Shown: piece after piece, positions 48,280-60,579 of the stretch
Layout: each line of letters starts with the position of its first letter
Position numbering within the stretch: position 1 is the stretch's first letter
NCBI RefSeq assembly: GCF_004010195.1
Contig: NC_057750.1
Coordinates: 9,272,163 to 9,336,162, forward strand
DNA from: Chiloscyllium plagiosum
Taxonomy: Eukaryota
Length of the DNA stretch: 64,000 nucleotides
Direction of reading: 5' to 3'
Made by a program: the position numbers and the translations under genes
The notes under the pieces: model-generated
What the model was told of the DNA's origin: nothing
What the model saw: only the letters and a program-made list of their open reading frames with translations
The model's database searches: none

Positions 48280-49160
48280 TGCTGTGTCTGTCCATCTCTC
48301 TCACTTATGTTTCCCTTTATCAGTAACTCTCAAGAGTCCTCTCCCTATCTGTGTCTCTGTCACTCTCTGTCTATCTCTGTCTCTCATTTTCCATTTCTGT
48401 CTCCATTTAGTTCCCTCTCTCTGTCTCACCCTCACTTTCCATCTGTCCATCTCTGTCTGTCTGTCTCTCTCTATCTCTCCCACATTCTCTCCAGCTGCTT
48501 CTCTCTCTATGTGATCTCTCTTGCTGTCTCTATCTCTCTCTGGATGTATCTTGCTCTCTCTCTCTGGCTATCTGTTTGTCTTTGTCTGGTCTGTCTCTCC
48601 TCTATCTCTCCCACATTCTCTGTGGCTGCCTGTCTCTCTCAGGCTGTCTCTGTGTCTCCCATCCTCTCTGTCTGTCTCTGTCTGTCTGTCTCTGTGTCTC
48701 TGGTTGTCAATTGTCTCTCTGGCTATGTGTCTCTGCCTGACTGTCTGTCTCCTCTGTGTCCCTGACTGTCTGTCTCCTCTGTGTCCCTGACTGTCTGTTG
48801 GTGTCTGTCTCAGTCTCAGTCTCACTCACTCTGGCTGTCCTCTCCCTCTCTCTCACTCACTCTCTCTGGCTGTGAGTCTTTGTCTGTCTCTCTGTATCTC
48901 GCTGTCTCTCTGCATCTCGCTGTCTGTTGTCTCTCTCTCACACACACACACACACACTCTCTCTCTGGCTGTGAGTCTTTGCCTCTCTGTATCTCACTGT
49001 CAGTGTCTCTCTCTGTCTGTTGTCTCTCTCACTCCCTCTCTCTCTGGCTGTGAGTCTTTGTCTGCCTCTCTGTCTCTCTCTGTCTGTTGTCGCTCTCTCA
49101 CTCTCTCACTCACTCTGTCTATCTGTTTGTTTCTCCCTCTCCTCTATCTATCTGTGTCCG
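48280..49160. repeat. Long pyrimidine-rich (TC)/(TCTG) low-complexity tract
   Basis: Direct reading. Includes short tandem units such as CCTGACTGTCTGTCTCCTCTGTGTC. Confidence 0.95.
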
Positions 49161-49856
49161 TTTGGATTATTCTCTTGAACAGAGCCTCTCTGAGTCTCGA
49201 TGTTTTTCTGAGGGAGAGAGAGGAATGAATCAGCCAGGGCTCCAACATCCCACTACAGTTCAGTTAGCTCTGGGAACACCCTCAGAAAATGGTACACGGC
49301 TCCCACGTTGGACTTTTCAAGAGTTCCACGCTGAAGATCCTGGAGGGCAGCTAGGGACAAACTGAGCGGCTGGGGCTGTCGGTCAAAAGGGGGCCGGAGA
49401 GATGGTTCTGACCTCGGTGACCGACAGGGGGCTGGGCTTGCTAAATGGCCACAGTATTTTACAAGGCTCCCATGGCACTGACCATAACTCACAGGCTGCA
49501 GACAAAACTCTCCTCCCCGTTTCCTGCACAACATTGTCTCAGCGATCGGAGGTTTAGAGTTAACTGGGTGGTCTTTAAAGGCTGTGTCCTCCCACCTCCC
49601 CCACCCCCGGGGTCTCAGGGACAGAAGAAACCCCAGGGGGAGGTCCTACAAAAAAACACTTTGACATGTAAGTCCGGACAATGTGCTTCCTGTCTGCCAC
49701 AGTTAAATACATTCCCACATTCTATACCACCCAGTCTGATCGCCTGGCCTCTCTTTCTCCCTCTCTGTCTCACTTGCTGTTTGTATTTTGATTCCCGGAT
49801 CACCTATTCCTTACCCTCCCAGCATTTCTCCTTATTCATTTCCCAGCTGAGTCGCA

Positions 49857-49887
<31 letters not shown>

Positions 49888-49889
<2 letters not shown>

Positions 49890-50490
49890 GAGTCATAGAG
49901 ATGTACAGCACAGAAACAGACCCTTCGGCCCAACTCTGCCATGCCGATCAGATATCCTAAATTAATCTGGTACCGTTTGGCATTATTTGACCCATATCCC
50001 TCTGACCCCTTCCTATTCATATACCCATCCAAATGCCTTTTAAATGCTGTAATTGTACCAGCCGCCACCACTTCCTCTGGCAGCTCATTCCATACACATA
50101 CCAACCTCTGTGTGAAAATATTGCGCCTTATGTCCCTTTTATATCTTTTCCCTCTCACCTTAAACCTACGCCCTCTTTAGACTCCCCCACCCCAGGGAAA
50201 AGACCTTGTCTATTTACCCTATCCATACCCCTCATGATTTTATGAACTTCTATAAGGTCCCCCTCAGCCTCCGACGCTCCAGGGAAAACAACCCCAGCCT
50301 ATTCAACCTCTCCCTGTAGCTCAAACCCTCCAATCCTAGCAACATCCTTGTAAATCTTTTCTGAACCCTTCCAAGTTTGACAACATCCTTCCTATAGCAG
50401 GGAGACCAGAATTGCACAGCATTCCAACAGTGGCCTAACCAATGTCCTGTACAGCAGCGACATGACCTCCCAACTCCTGTACTCAATGCA
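49888..50490 (-). mobile_element. CR1/HER1 3' fragment
   Basis: QFWSPCYRKDVVKLGRVQKRFTRML..WNELPEEVV. Confidence 0.9.
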
Positions 50491-51328
50491 GCATCTAGGG
50501 TGACAAGGAACTGCACAGTGACCAATTCAAAGTTGGAAGCAGACCGATTGATCTGAAAAGCGGCCCCGCTGGCAGTGCAGCACTCCCTCAGTACAGGAGC
50601 TGGCTTTTGAACAAGGTGGTGTGTACAACTCCCATGATATCCCAACATCGCGGGCAGCAGGGTGGAGAGCAACAACAACAAGAACTTGGATCTGTACGGG
50701 GCTTTTAAATGTTCACAGGAGCTTTGAGTTCAAGAGTACAGGGAAAGAGAGACAGAGAAAGACAGACAGATGGAGAGAGACAGACAGACAGACGGAGAGA
50801 GAGAGAGAGAGACAGAGAAAGAGACAGACGGAGAGAGAGAGACAAAGAGACAGACAGACGGAGAGAGAGACGGAGAGAGACAGATAGATGGAGAGAGAGA
50901 GACAGAGAAAGACAGAGAGAGACAGAGTGAAATTTGAACATGTGGTTCAGACAGAAGTACATCTGCTTTCAAACAACATTCTGTGTGTGTGTTTGTCAGT
51001 GTTTACATTAGTGGCTGTGTGTGTGTCTGTGTCTGTGTGAGAGTGTCTGTGTTTACCTCTGTTTGTGTGTGTATATGTATGTGTGTGTCTGTGTGCCTGT
51101 GTGTGTGTGTGCATGTGTGTGTATGTATCTGTGTCTGTGTATGTGTCTATCTGTGTGTGTGAATGTGTGTGTGCCCATGTCTGTGTGCATGTGCCTGTGC
51201 GTATGTATATGTCTGTGTATGTGTGTATCTGTGTGAATGTATGTATGTAAGTGTGTGTGTGTATTCTTGTGTGCGTGAGTGTGCCCATGTCTGTGTGTAT
51301 GTGTCTGTATTTGTGTGTGTGTCTGCAT

Positions 51329-51371
<43 letters not shown>

Positions 51372-52559
51372 AGTCTGTGACTATGAGTGTGTAAAACCTT
51401 GGCACTAGCTGCAACCAGCTCTACACAAAATAACAGCTATAACATTGGTGAAAACCCTCAAGGTTCTCAGCTTGTTCTCATGTAAAGTTGCTCGTAATTC
51501 CAATGATGAACTATTCAGCCCTGAGTCAGTTCTGACAGTTGCATTGGTAAGACACACCTGGAACAACGTATACAGATTTGCTCACTTTAACTTAAGTCAG
51601 GATATACTTGGAAGCAGTTGAGAGGGTCACAAGGTTGATTCCTGAGATGAAGTGGTTTTCTTAGAGGAAGGGTGAGCAAGTCAGGCCAATAGTCTTTGGA
51701 TTTTAGAAGAATCTGAAGTGATCTTATTGAAAGATAAGATTCTGAGGGGATGTGACAGAATAAATACTCAAGAGCATGTTCCTTCTCATGTGGTAAGGAC
51801 GTAGTTAAATGATAAGGGGTTTCACATTTCAGAAGAGGATGAGAAAGAATTTATTCACTAATGGGATACCTCAGCTCTGAAATTCCCTTTCTCAGTGAGC
51901 AATGGAGGCTAGGTCATTGATTATATTCAAGGCTGAGTTAGGCAGAGTTTTCATTTTCAAGGGATTCTTGTGGGTAGAGAGGAACATGGTGCTAGGACAC
52001 AATCAGACCAGCATGATCTTATTGTGTGTGTGCGTGTCTGTATGTGTGTGTGTCTGTATGTGTGTGTGTGTGTGTCTGTATGTGTGTGTGTGCATGTCTA
52101 TGCGTGTGTGTATGTGTCTGTATGTGTGTGTGTATGCGTGTCTGTATGTGTGTGCGTGTCTGTATGTGTGTGTGTAAACTTGTCTAAGACTCAAATAGTG
52201 AAGCAATCATCTAGGTGTGAAACAAGGTCCACTAATCTGTTACTGTCACATCTCTGTGCTGTTCAACATTCTCAGCAACATGAAACCCCCGCAGAGCCCC
52301 TCCCCCAGACCCCAGACAAAGTTGTTTCTTCCTCTGCAATCACAGCTCAGAGGGCAGGAGTGGATGGAGGGGAGTCCAAGTGTTAGAGTGCACAACAAAG
52401 TCAACTTTATGTTGAAAAGGCTCCTGTACTTTATCACTAGATCAGTAATCCAGATCTTTAGGCTCATGTTCTGAGACATGAGTTTAAATCTCATCAATCT
52501 GGAAATATAACCTCCTCTAGTGAGCACCATTGTGGCAAAAAAATCCCACCTAAGTCACG

Positions 52560-53463
52560 GGAAGGAAATGGCTCAGTGGTTAGCACCAGGGACCCAGGTT
52601 CAATCCCACCCTTGGGTAACTGTCTGTGTGGAGTTTACACATTCTCCCCGTGTCTGCGTGGGTATCCTTTGGGTGCTCTGGTTTCTTCCCACAGTCCAAT
52701 GATGGGTGGATTGACCATGGGAAATGCAGGTTTACAGGGATGCTTTTTGGGTCTGGGTGGGATGCTCTTTGGAAGGCAGACTCGAGGGGCCAAATGGCCC
52801 ACTTCCACACTGCAGGGACCCTATGAAATCTGCCGTCCTTACTTGGAGTGGCCACACGTGACTCCAGACCCACAGCAATGCGGATTAGTGTGAACTCAGC
52901 TGGGAATGGTCAGTAACTGCTGACCTGAACAGCAATGCCCCAAGTACCAGATCAAAACATACCCCCTTTCCATTGCCTGAGCTCTGCCAATGTGCTGTAA
53001 CTCCTGCACACTTCCTTTGCCCAGCATTTCATATTCTCATCCTCAGTTTCATCCTTTCATGTCCCCCGGCCCCCACTCTCGGACTTTACCTCTTTTCACA
53101 TTGGAAGAGGTTGAATAAGCTGGGGCTGTTTTCCCTGGAGCGTCAGAGGCTGAGGGGTGACCTCATAGAGGTTTACAAAGTCATGAGGGGCATGGATAGG
53201 GTAAACAGACAAAGTCTTTTCCCTGGGGTGGGAGTCCAGAACTAGAGGGTATAGGTTTAGGGTGAGAGGGGAAAGATATAAAGAGAGCTAAGGGGCAACT
53301 TTTTCACACAGAGGATGGTACGTGTATGGAATGAGCTGCCAGAGGAAGTGGTGGAGGCTGGTACAACATTTAAAAAGCATCTGGATGGGTATATGAATAG
53401 GAAGGGTTTGGAGGGAGGACCGAAGGGTCTGTTTCCATGCTGTACATCTCTATGACTCTATGT
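52560..53463 (+). mobile_element. HE1 SINE (about 52560-52825) and CR1 3' fragment (about 53100-53463)
   Basis: Standard motifs of both families. Confidence 0.8.
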
Positions 53464-54282
53464 CACACCCCCCCCCCCCCCCACTCTCTGACTTTACCTC
53501 CTTTCATGCCCCCCCCCCAACAACTCTCTGACTTTATCTCGTCCTCCCCAGCTCCCTGAGAGGTCAGTGCTCCTTTAATGCTGGCTCTCGGGCATCGCCC
53601 ACTCCCCACCCCTCCGCCACCCTTTGTCTCTCTTTGGATATCCTGCCCTGCCTCACCTTCATCGATTCCCTCTTGAAAGCTCTTTGACGATTGGCCACCT
53701 GGCAAAACGCCTCCTTACGCGTCACATTTTGTGCGGTAACGTTCCTGCTAAATGCGCTTGGAACCTTTTCCTACATTCCGGTGGCCATACCAAGGCGGGT
53801 CGTTTTTGTTGGTGCTTCCCTGAACATCCCTCATCCCACCTCGATGCACATGAGGGTGGGATGCCAGTAAGCTTCAGAGCCTGGTAAATGTTGTGGGGTG
53901 GGGGCATAAAGCGAAATCCCAATTTGGAATTTAGAATTCAATGAATTGATACATTAATTTAGCTAATTAAAAATATGGAGTTGAAAGCTAACCTCAAAAA
54001 TGGCAAACTATAATTAGATATCGCTTTTGCAGACAAATCCGAGTTTTCAGGGAAGGAAATTTGCCTTCCTTACTTGTTCTGATCTACATGTGACTCCAGA
54101 TCCACAGTGATGTGGTTGCTTCATAACTGCCCTTTGCAAGAGTCAAACAAGCCACTTAGTTCAGGGGCAACTAGGAAGAGGCAACAAATCCTGGCCTTAG
54201 CAGCGTTGCGCCACATCCCTTCAAAAGGATTTTTAAAAATTTAATACGTTTTTGAACTTATTGCGAACTGATCAGGAAGCAG

Positions 54283-55378
54283 AGAATCCTGACTGTGGAA
54301 ACAGGCCATTCAGCCCATTGGGACCACGTTGACCTTCCCAAGAGCATCCCACCCAGACCCGACCCGCTGCCCTCCCCTATAACTCCTGTAACTCTGTATT
54401 TCCCACGGCTAACCCACCTAGTCTGCACATCCCTGAACACTATGGGGTAGTTTAGCATGGCCAATCCATCTTAACCTGCACATCCCTGGGCACTATGGGG
54501 CAATTTAGCATGGCCAATCCACCCTAACCTGCACATCCCTGCATACTATGGGGCAATTTAGCATGGCCAATCCATCTTAACCTGCACATCCCTGCATACT
54601 ATGGGGCAAGTTAGCATGGTCAATCCATCCTAACCTGCACATCCCTGCATACTATGGGGCAATTTAGCATGGCCAATCCACCCTAACCTACATATCCCTG
54701 AGCACTATGGGTAATTTAGCATGGCCAATCCACCCTAACCTACATATCCCTGAGCACTATGGGTAATTTAGCATGGCCAATCCACCCTAACCTACATATC
54801 CCTGAGCACTATGGGTAATTTAGCATGGCCAATCCACCCTAACCTACATATCCCTGAGCACTATGGGTAATTTAGCATGGCCAATCCACCCTAACCTACA
54901 TATCCCTGAGCACTATGGGTAATTTAGCATGGCCAATCCACCCTAACCTACATATCCCTGAGCACTATGGGTAATTTAGCATGGCCAATCCACCCTAACC
55001 TACATATCCCTGAGCACTATGGGTAATTTAGCATGGCCAATCCACCCTAACCTACACATCCCTGAACACTGTGGGTAATTTAGCATGGCCAATCCACCCT
55101 AACCTGCACATCCCTGAACACTATGGGGCAATTTAGCATGGCCAATCCACCCTAACCTGCACATCCCTGAACCCTATGGGGCAATTTAGCATGGCCAATC
55201 CACCCTAACCTGCACATTTTTGGACTGTGGGAGGAAACCGGAGCACCCGGAGGAAACCGACACAGACACAGGGTGAATGTGCAAGCTCCACGCGGACAGT
55301 CGCCCAAGGACTGGGATCGAACCTGGGTCCCTGGTGCTGTGAGGCAGCGGTGCTAACCACTGAGCCACTGTGCTACCC
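54283..55378 (-). mobile_element. HE1-like SINE expanded to about 1.1 kb by an internal 52-53 bp VNTR (15 copies)
   Basis: Unit AATTTAGCATGGCCAATCCACCCTAACCTACATATCCCTGAGCACTATGGGT. Seven identical copies at 54661-55024. Confidence 0.95.
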
Positions 55379-55829
55379 AGGGGGCCCAGCATTTTGCAAA
55401 AGAAGCAAAAAAAACACAAATTGAGATAAAAACACAGTGAGGGGTGCGTATTTGCAAACTTGTGCCCGGAATTGTGTTGAGGGTCAGTCAGGAGAGAATT
55501 GGATGGCTCCTTAAGGACAGAGTTAAGGAGAGACAGCAGGAAATTGGCGCTACGTTGAAATGCTCAGGGAGCCGGTGGGGACTGAATGACCTCATTCTGA
55601 GCCACAACAATCCTGTTGTAGCCCTCACAGCGTTTGAATGAAGACTCCATTGCGATCAGGCTCTCCACTTCTGTGGAGATTTCCGCACTCCTACCATCTC
55701 CACCATCTGTAGGCTGCTAAGATGGAAATTTGGAGTGGGCTAGACACTGCTGTAAAAAATGGAGAGGTCATTCCGCCCACTGCATCCTCCAATTTTGGGG
55801 AGGCAATGGCCTTATTATCGCTGGACAGG

Positions 55830-56020
55830 CGCTGGAGATTACAGTCAAGATCAGAGTGGTGCTGGAAAAGCACAGCAGGTCAGGCAGCATCCGAGGAGCA
55901 GGGAGATCAACGTTTCGGGCAAAAGCCTGATGAAGGGCTCCTGCCCGAAACGTCAATTCTCCTGCTCCTCAGATGCTGCCTGACCTGCTGTGCTTTTCCA
56001 GCACCACTCTGATCTTGATT
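55830..56020. mobile_element. PLE family A fold-back inside a SINE head
   Basis: About 75-bp inverted arms. Core CTGATGA-A-GGGC-TCCT-GCCC-GAAA-CG-TC at 55927-55954. Confidence 0.85.
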
Positions 56021-56377
56021 GTTCATGCAGGGACCCAGGTAATGTTCTGGGGACCCCAGGTTCAAATCCTGCCACCGCAGATGGTGGAATTTGAATTATA
56101 GAGTCATCCAGCACGGAAACAGACCCAACAGTCCAACCAGTCCATGCCAACCATAATCCCAAACTAAACTACTTGCAATTCAACAAGTGTCTGAAATTCG
56201 GAGTCTAATGATGACCATGGACCAAGTGTCGGAAAACCCCATCTGTTTCACTAATGCCCTTTAGGAAAGGAATCTGCCATCCTTACCTGGTCTGGCCTAC
56301 ATGTGACTCCAGACCCACATCAACATGGTTGGCTCTTAACTGCCCTCTGGATCCTTAGGGATGGGCAATGAATACTG

Positions 56378-56608
56378 AATGTAGGTTTGCTCACTGAGCT
56401 GGAAGGTTTCAGATGTTTCATCACCATACTAGCTAACATCATCAGTGAGCCGCCGGTGAAGCACTGGTGGTGTAGCCCTTCACCAGAGACTCTCACTGAT
56501 GATGTTACCTAGTATGGTGACGAAACATCTGAAACTGAACCTTCCAGCTCAGCGAGCAAACCTACATCCATAACCTCAAACTGAGCTACAAATCTTCTCA
56601 AAAACGGG
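56378..56608. mobile_element. PLE family D fold-back with two opposed hammerheads
   Basis: Arms ATGTAGGTTTGCTCACTGAGCTGGAAGG / CCTTCCAGCTCAGCGAGCAAACCTACAT. The 3' end CTGAGCTACAAATCTTCTCA is shared with the PLE at 20083-20511. Confidence 0.85.
56493..56532 (+). ncRNA. Minimal type I hammerhead motif (family D)
   Basis: TCA-CTGATGA-T-GTTACC-TAGTAT-GGTGAC-GAAA-CA-TC-TGA. Confidence 0.75.
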
Positions 56609-57029
56609 GTAGCAATAAATGCTGGCCTAGCCAGCGAAACCCTCATCCAGTGAATGAATAAAGAAAAATTAGCACTTGACAATTCCACACCCCAGATATC
56701 TTTTTTCTTTCTTTAATCAATCCTTATTGGACATGGGGCACAGCCTGAGCTTTGAGCATCGATTCTCCACCCAGGCTCTGCCACTACAACACAGGGCCCA
56801 TTTAGATAATGGAGTTTATTTGATCAATTTGTAATGGACTAGTCATTAGCGTTCACTTGTTCCTGCTCTTATCAGGCTATGTTCTGAAACAGCAGAAATG
56901 AACAATATTTGAGAGAACTCATCCATTCTTTCCCATCTGTGCAATACCATCCAGCCCAGTGGCTACAAGAGGCTGGCATTGCATTAAGCAATGAAGGAAA
57001 TCTGTATAAAACATTCCTTTGGCGATCCC

Positions 57030-57990
57030 AACAGAGCCACAGAGATGCCCAGCATGGAAACAGACCCTTCAGTCCAACTCGTCCATGCCAACCAGGTATC
57101 CTAAATTAATCAAGTCCCATTCTCCAGCACTTGGCCTATATCCCTCTAAATCCTTCCTATTTATATACCCATCCAGATGGCAGATCCCTACCCTAAAGGG
57201 ACATTAGTGAACCAGACGGGGTTTTCTGACAAACAGTACATGGTCATCAGTAGATTCTGAACCCCAGATACTTGTTGAATTGCAACCTGATGGGGACTAC
57301 CTTAGTTTAGGATTATGGTTGGCATGGACAGGTTGTAATTGTACCAGTTTCCACCACTTCTTCTGGCAGCTCATTCCATACACGCACCACCTTCGGTGTG
57401 AAAAAGTTGCCCCTTAGGTCTCTTTTATATCGTTCCCCTCTCACCCTAAACCTATGCCCTCTAGGTCTGGACTCCCCTACCCCAGGGAAAAGATCTTGAC
57501 TAATCACCCGATCCATGTCCCTCATGATTTTATAAACCTCTCAGCCCTCAGCCTCCGATGCATCCAGGGAAAACAGCCCCAGCCTGTTCAGCTTCTCCCT
57601 ATAGCTCAAACCCTCCAATCCTGGCAACATCCATGTAAATCTTTTCTGAACCCTTTGACGCTCAGCGGCACGGTGGCTCAGTGGTTAGCACTGCTGCCTC
57701 ACATTGCCAGGAGCCCAGGTTCAAATCCCACCTTGGGCAACTGTCTGTGCTGAGTTTGTACATTCTCCCTGTGTCTGTGTGGGTTACCTCCCACAGTCCA
57801 AAGATGTGCAGGTTAGGGTGAATTGGCCGTGCTAAATTGCCTGTAGTGGTAGGTGGATTAGTCAGGGGTTAATATAGAGGGGTAGGTTTTTCATCGGAGG
57901 GTTGGTGTGGACTTGTTGGGCCGAAGGGCCTATTTCCACACTGTAAGGTAATCTAATCTTTCAAGTTTACAACATCTTTCCTACAGCAGT
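57030..57990. mobile_element. Patchwork of CR1 fragments (minus) with an HE1 SINE (57665-57958, plus)
   Basis: Standard motifs. LINE resumes after the SINE. Confidence 0.8.
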
Positions 57991-58098
57991 GTTGCAATTC
58001 AGAAAGCAACAAAGGCTGGAGGTTACAGTGGGTCAGGCAGCATCCATGGAGAGAGAGAGAGAGCTAACGTTTCGAGTCAAGTTCTCACTTTAGAAAGA

Positions 58099-58216
58099 GG
58101 AGAAAGTAAGGTCTGCAGCTCTCATTCCTGAAGAAGGGCCTGTGCCCGAAACGTCGAATCTCCTGTTTCCTGGATGCTGCCTGACCTGCTGTGCTGTTCC
58201 AGCAATAAAGTTTCAA
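58099..58216. mobile_element. 118-bp PLE family A mini-insert with perfect 15-bp TSD
   Basis: TSD CTCACTTTAGAAAGA at 58084-58098 and 58217-58231. Confidence 0.88.
58124..58159 (+). ncRNA. Minimal type I hammerhead ribozyme motif (family A, intact)
   Basis: ATTC-CTGAAGA-A-GGGC-CTGT-GCCC-GAAA-CG-TC-GAAT: 4-bp stem I, 4-bp stem II, GUC cleavage triplet. Confidence 0.82.
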
Positions 58217-58429
58217 CTCACTTTAGAAAGACATGTGAAGGCGCTGGGAGAGGGGGAGGCAATGTAATGTATAAGGAACAATTCCGAAGAGGCTGCAGGA
58301 GCAAAGGGACAGGGGGAGGTTCAGGAAAATCATTGGAGGTGGCAAGAAAATTGGAAAATTTGGCAACAGCTGATCCTCTGCTGTGTAAACAGGGGATCAG
58401 CATAAAAGGTACATGGCGTACAGAAGTTA

Positions 58430-59422
58430 GGAGGTAAGGTCAAACACTCATTTGATCTCAGCGAGAGCATCATGTCCAGTTCTGGGCACCTCCTTAAGGA
58501 AAGATGTGAGGCAGTGGAGAGGGCACAGGAGAGATTCACAAAATCCCGTTCCGGGGATGAGGAACTTCCGTTGGATTGTTCCGGAAGAGATTTACCAGGG
58601 TGTTGCCAGGTATGGAAGGTTTGAGTTATAACTAAAGACTGGATAGGCTGGGACTTTTTTCCCTGGAGCGTAGGAGGCTGAGAGGCGACCTGATAGAAGT
58701 TTATAAAATATTGGAGGGTATAGATAGTTAATGGTTGCTGTCTTTTCCCTAGGATGGGGGAGTTCAAGACGAGGAGAGAGATTTTTAAGGAGAGAGATTT
58801 AAAAATTTGTACATAGAGAGTGGCTCGCGTGTGGAATGAACTTCCTGAGGAAGTGGTGGATGTGGGTACAGTTACAACATTTAAAAGAGATTTGGATCAG
58901 TCCATGAATAAGAAACGTTTGGTGGGATATTGGCTAGGAGCAGGCAGGTAGGGACTGGTTTAGTTTGGGATTATGGTTGGCACGGACTGGTTGGGCTGAA
59001 GGGTCTGTTTCCATGCTGTATTGCAGACTGTTCTCCCTGCCGAAGAAAAGGTTTCCAAAGAGATTTTGAAACTGTTCAAAATCCTGAGGGTTCTGGACAG
59101 AGTGAAAGAAACGATTAGATTAGATTCCCTACAGTGTGGAAACAGGCCCTTCAGCCCAACGAGTCCACATCAACCCTCCGAAGAGTAACCCAACCCCCCC
59201 CCCCCCCCTACACTTACCCCTGACTAATGCACCTAACACTATGGACAATTTAGCATGGCCAATTCACCCTAACCTGTACATCTTTGGCTTGTGGGAGGAA
59301 ATCAGAGCACCCAGGGGATGAATGTGCAAACTCCACACAGACAGTCATCCGGGGTGGGATTCTGAACCTAGGTTCCCTGCGCTGTGAGGCAGCAGTGCTA
59401 ACCACTGAGCCACCGCACCATC
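58430..59422. mobile_element. CR1 3' fragments (plus, to about 59020) and HE1 SINE (minus, 59113-59422)
   Basis: Standard motifs. Confidence 0.8.
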
Positions 59423-60579
59423 CCAATGTGGTGATAATCAATACTGTTCCATACAATGAGTGGTTAGCGTCTGGAATGCACTGCCTGAGAGTGTGGAGTT
59501 TGAGGCCAATTCAGACGAGGCTTTGTACAAGTTGGTATCTGACAAAGGATGGTGTGCAGGATTACAGAGAGATGTGTGGAGAGCCAGTATAGAGGAGGCA
59601 GGCTGAACGGTCTCCTCCTGTGAGCCAAGGCCTGGATTTAATGGTAATCCAAATGTACACACAGCACCTTATTCCATGAGAAAACTTTCTATTAAAATTC
59701 CCCAGGCGAAGGCTGATAAAGCTGTAGCTAATTTTAAGGCTGCATCAAGAATTAAAACTTTGAAAATGAAAGTAATGTGCGTGAGAGGAATTTTTTATCC
59801 TCGATACAAGATGGAAATTACAGGAGACTTCATAGTCACTGTGGTCAGTTTTATAAGTGCCTGTGGGGAGTTACACTAAATTACTTTACCCAGCTTTGAA
59901 AAAAGTACAGAACATTCCTTAGATTCTCATTAAACAATTCTTTCCACTTCAGGTGCACTTACGGGTTTAATTTATTGTCATCATGTGGCTCCCAATACTT
60001 TATTTTAGGTGAATCTCTTTTTAAAAACTATTAAAAGCAGTTGCAAAGCTCCAAACCAGACCACAGCTGATGCCTGCCTTAACTTTAATTCCTCCCCCAG
60101 GTTCCGCAACCCCTTCTACCCTCGTCCTGTGGCACAGTGGTAGTGTCCCTACCTCTGAGGCAGCAGGTTCAGAGGTGTGTCACAATATCTTAAGACAGGT
60201 TGATTTGAGCATATCTATGCCCTTGGCAGAACTGGGTACTGCAGATGCTGGAGATTAGAGTCAAGATTATAGTGGTGCTGGAAAAGCACAGCAGGTCAGG
60301 CAGCATCTGAGGAGCGGTGTTAGACCAGGGTACCTATACCCTTCTCTAACACTGCTGCAAAGAACTGCCTGAGCTTCCTACCTTGCATTTGTCGGATCAG
60401 ATTGTCAAATTTCAAACAGTCACAACAATTTGTAATGCTGGGGAAATGGGTGCTGGTGGGTGGGTGCGGCGCGTCTGATTGGCTGAGGTATTGCCATGGA
60501 GAGGGCAATGCAGAATAATAGGCTCTTATTCAATCTAAAAACTGGAAGATAAGGTTTGAACATGTTCCTGGTGTTTTGT

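Noticed and set aside
49418..49436. CTCF-like CCGACAGGGGGCTG (also TGACCAGATGGCAC near 12543)
   Set aside because: Two or more mismatches at informative positions, expected by chance in 64 kb.
48262..52386. Ser/Leu/Cys/Val or His/Thr-rich ORFs
   Set aside because: Translations of TC, GA and TG low-complexity tracts.
54402..55225. CRISPR-like array
   Set aside because: Units are contiguous with no unique spacers and lie inside a SINE in a vertebrate genome.
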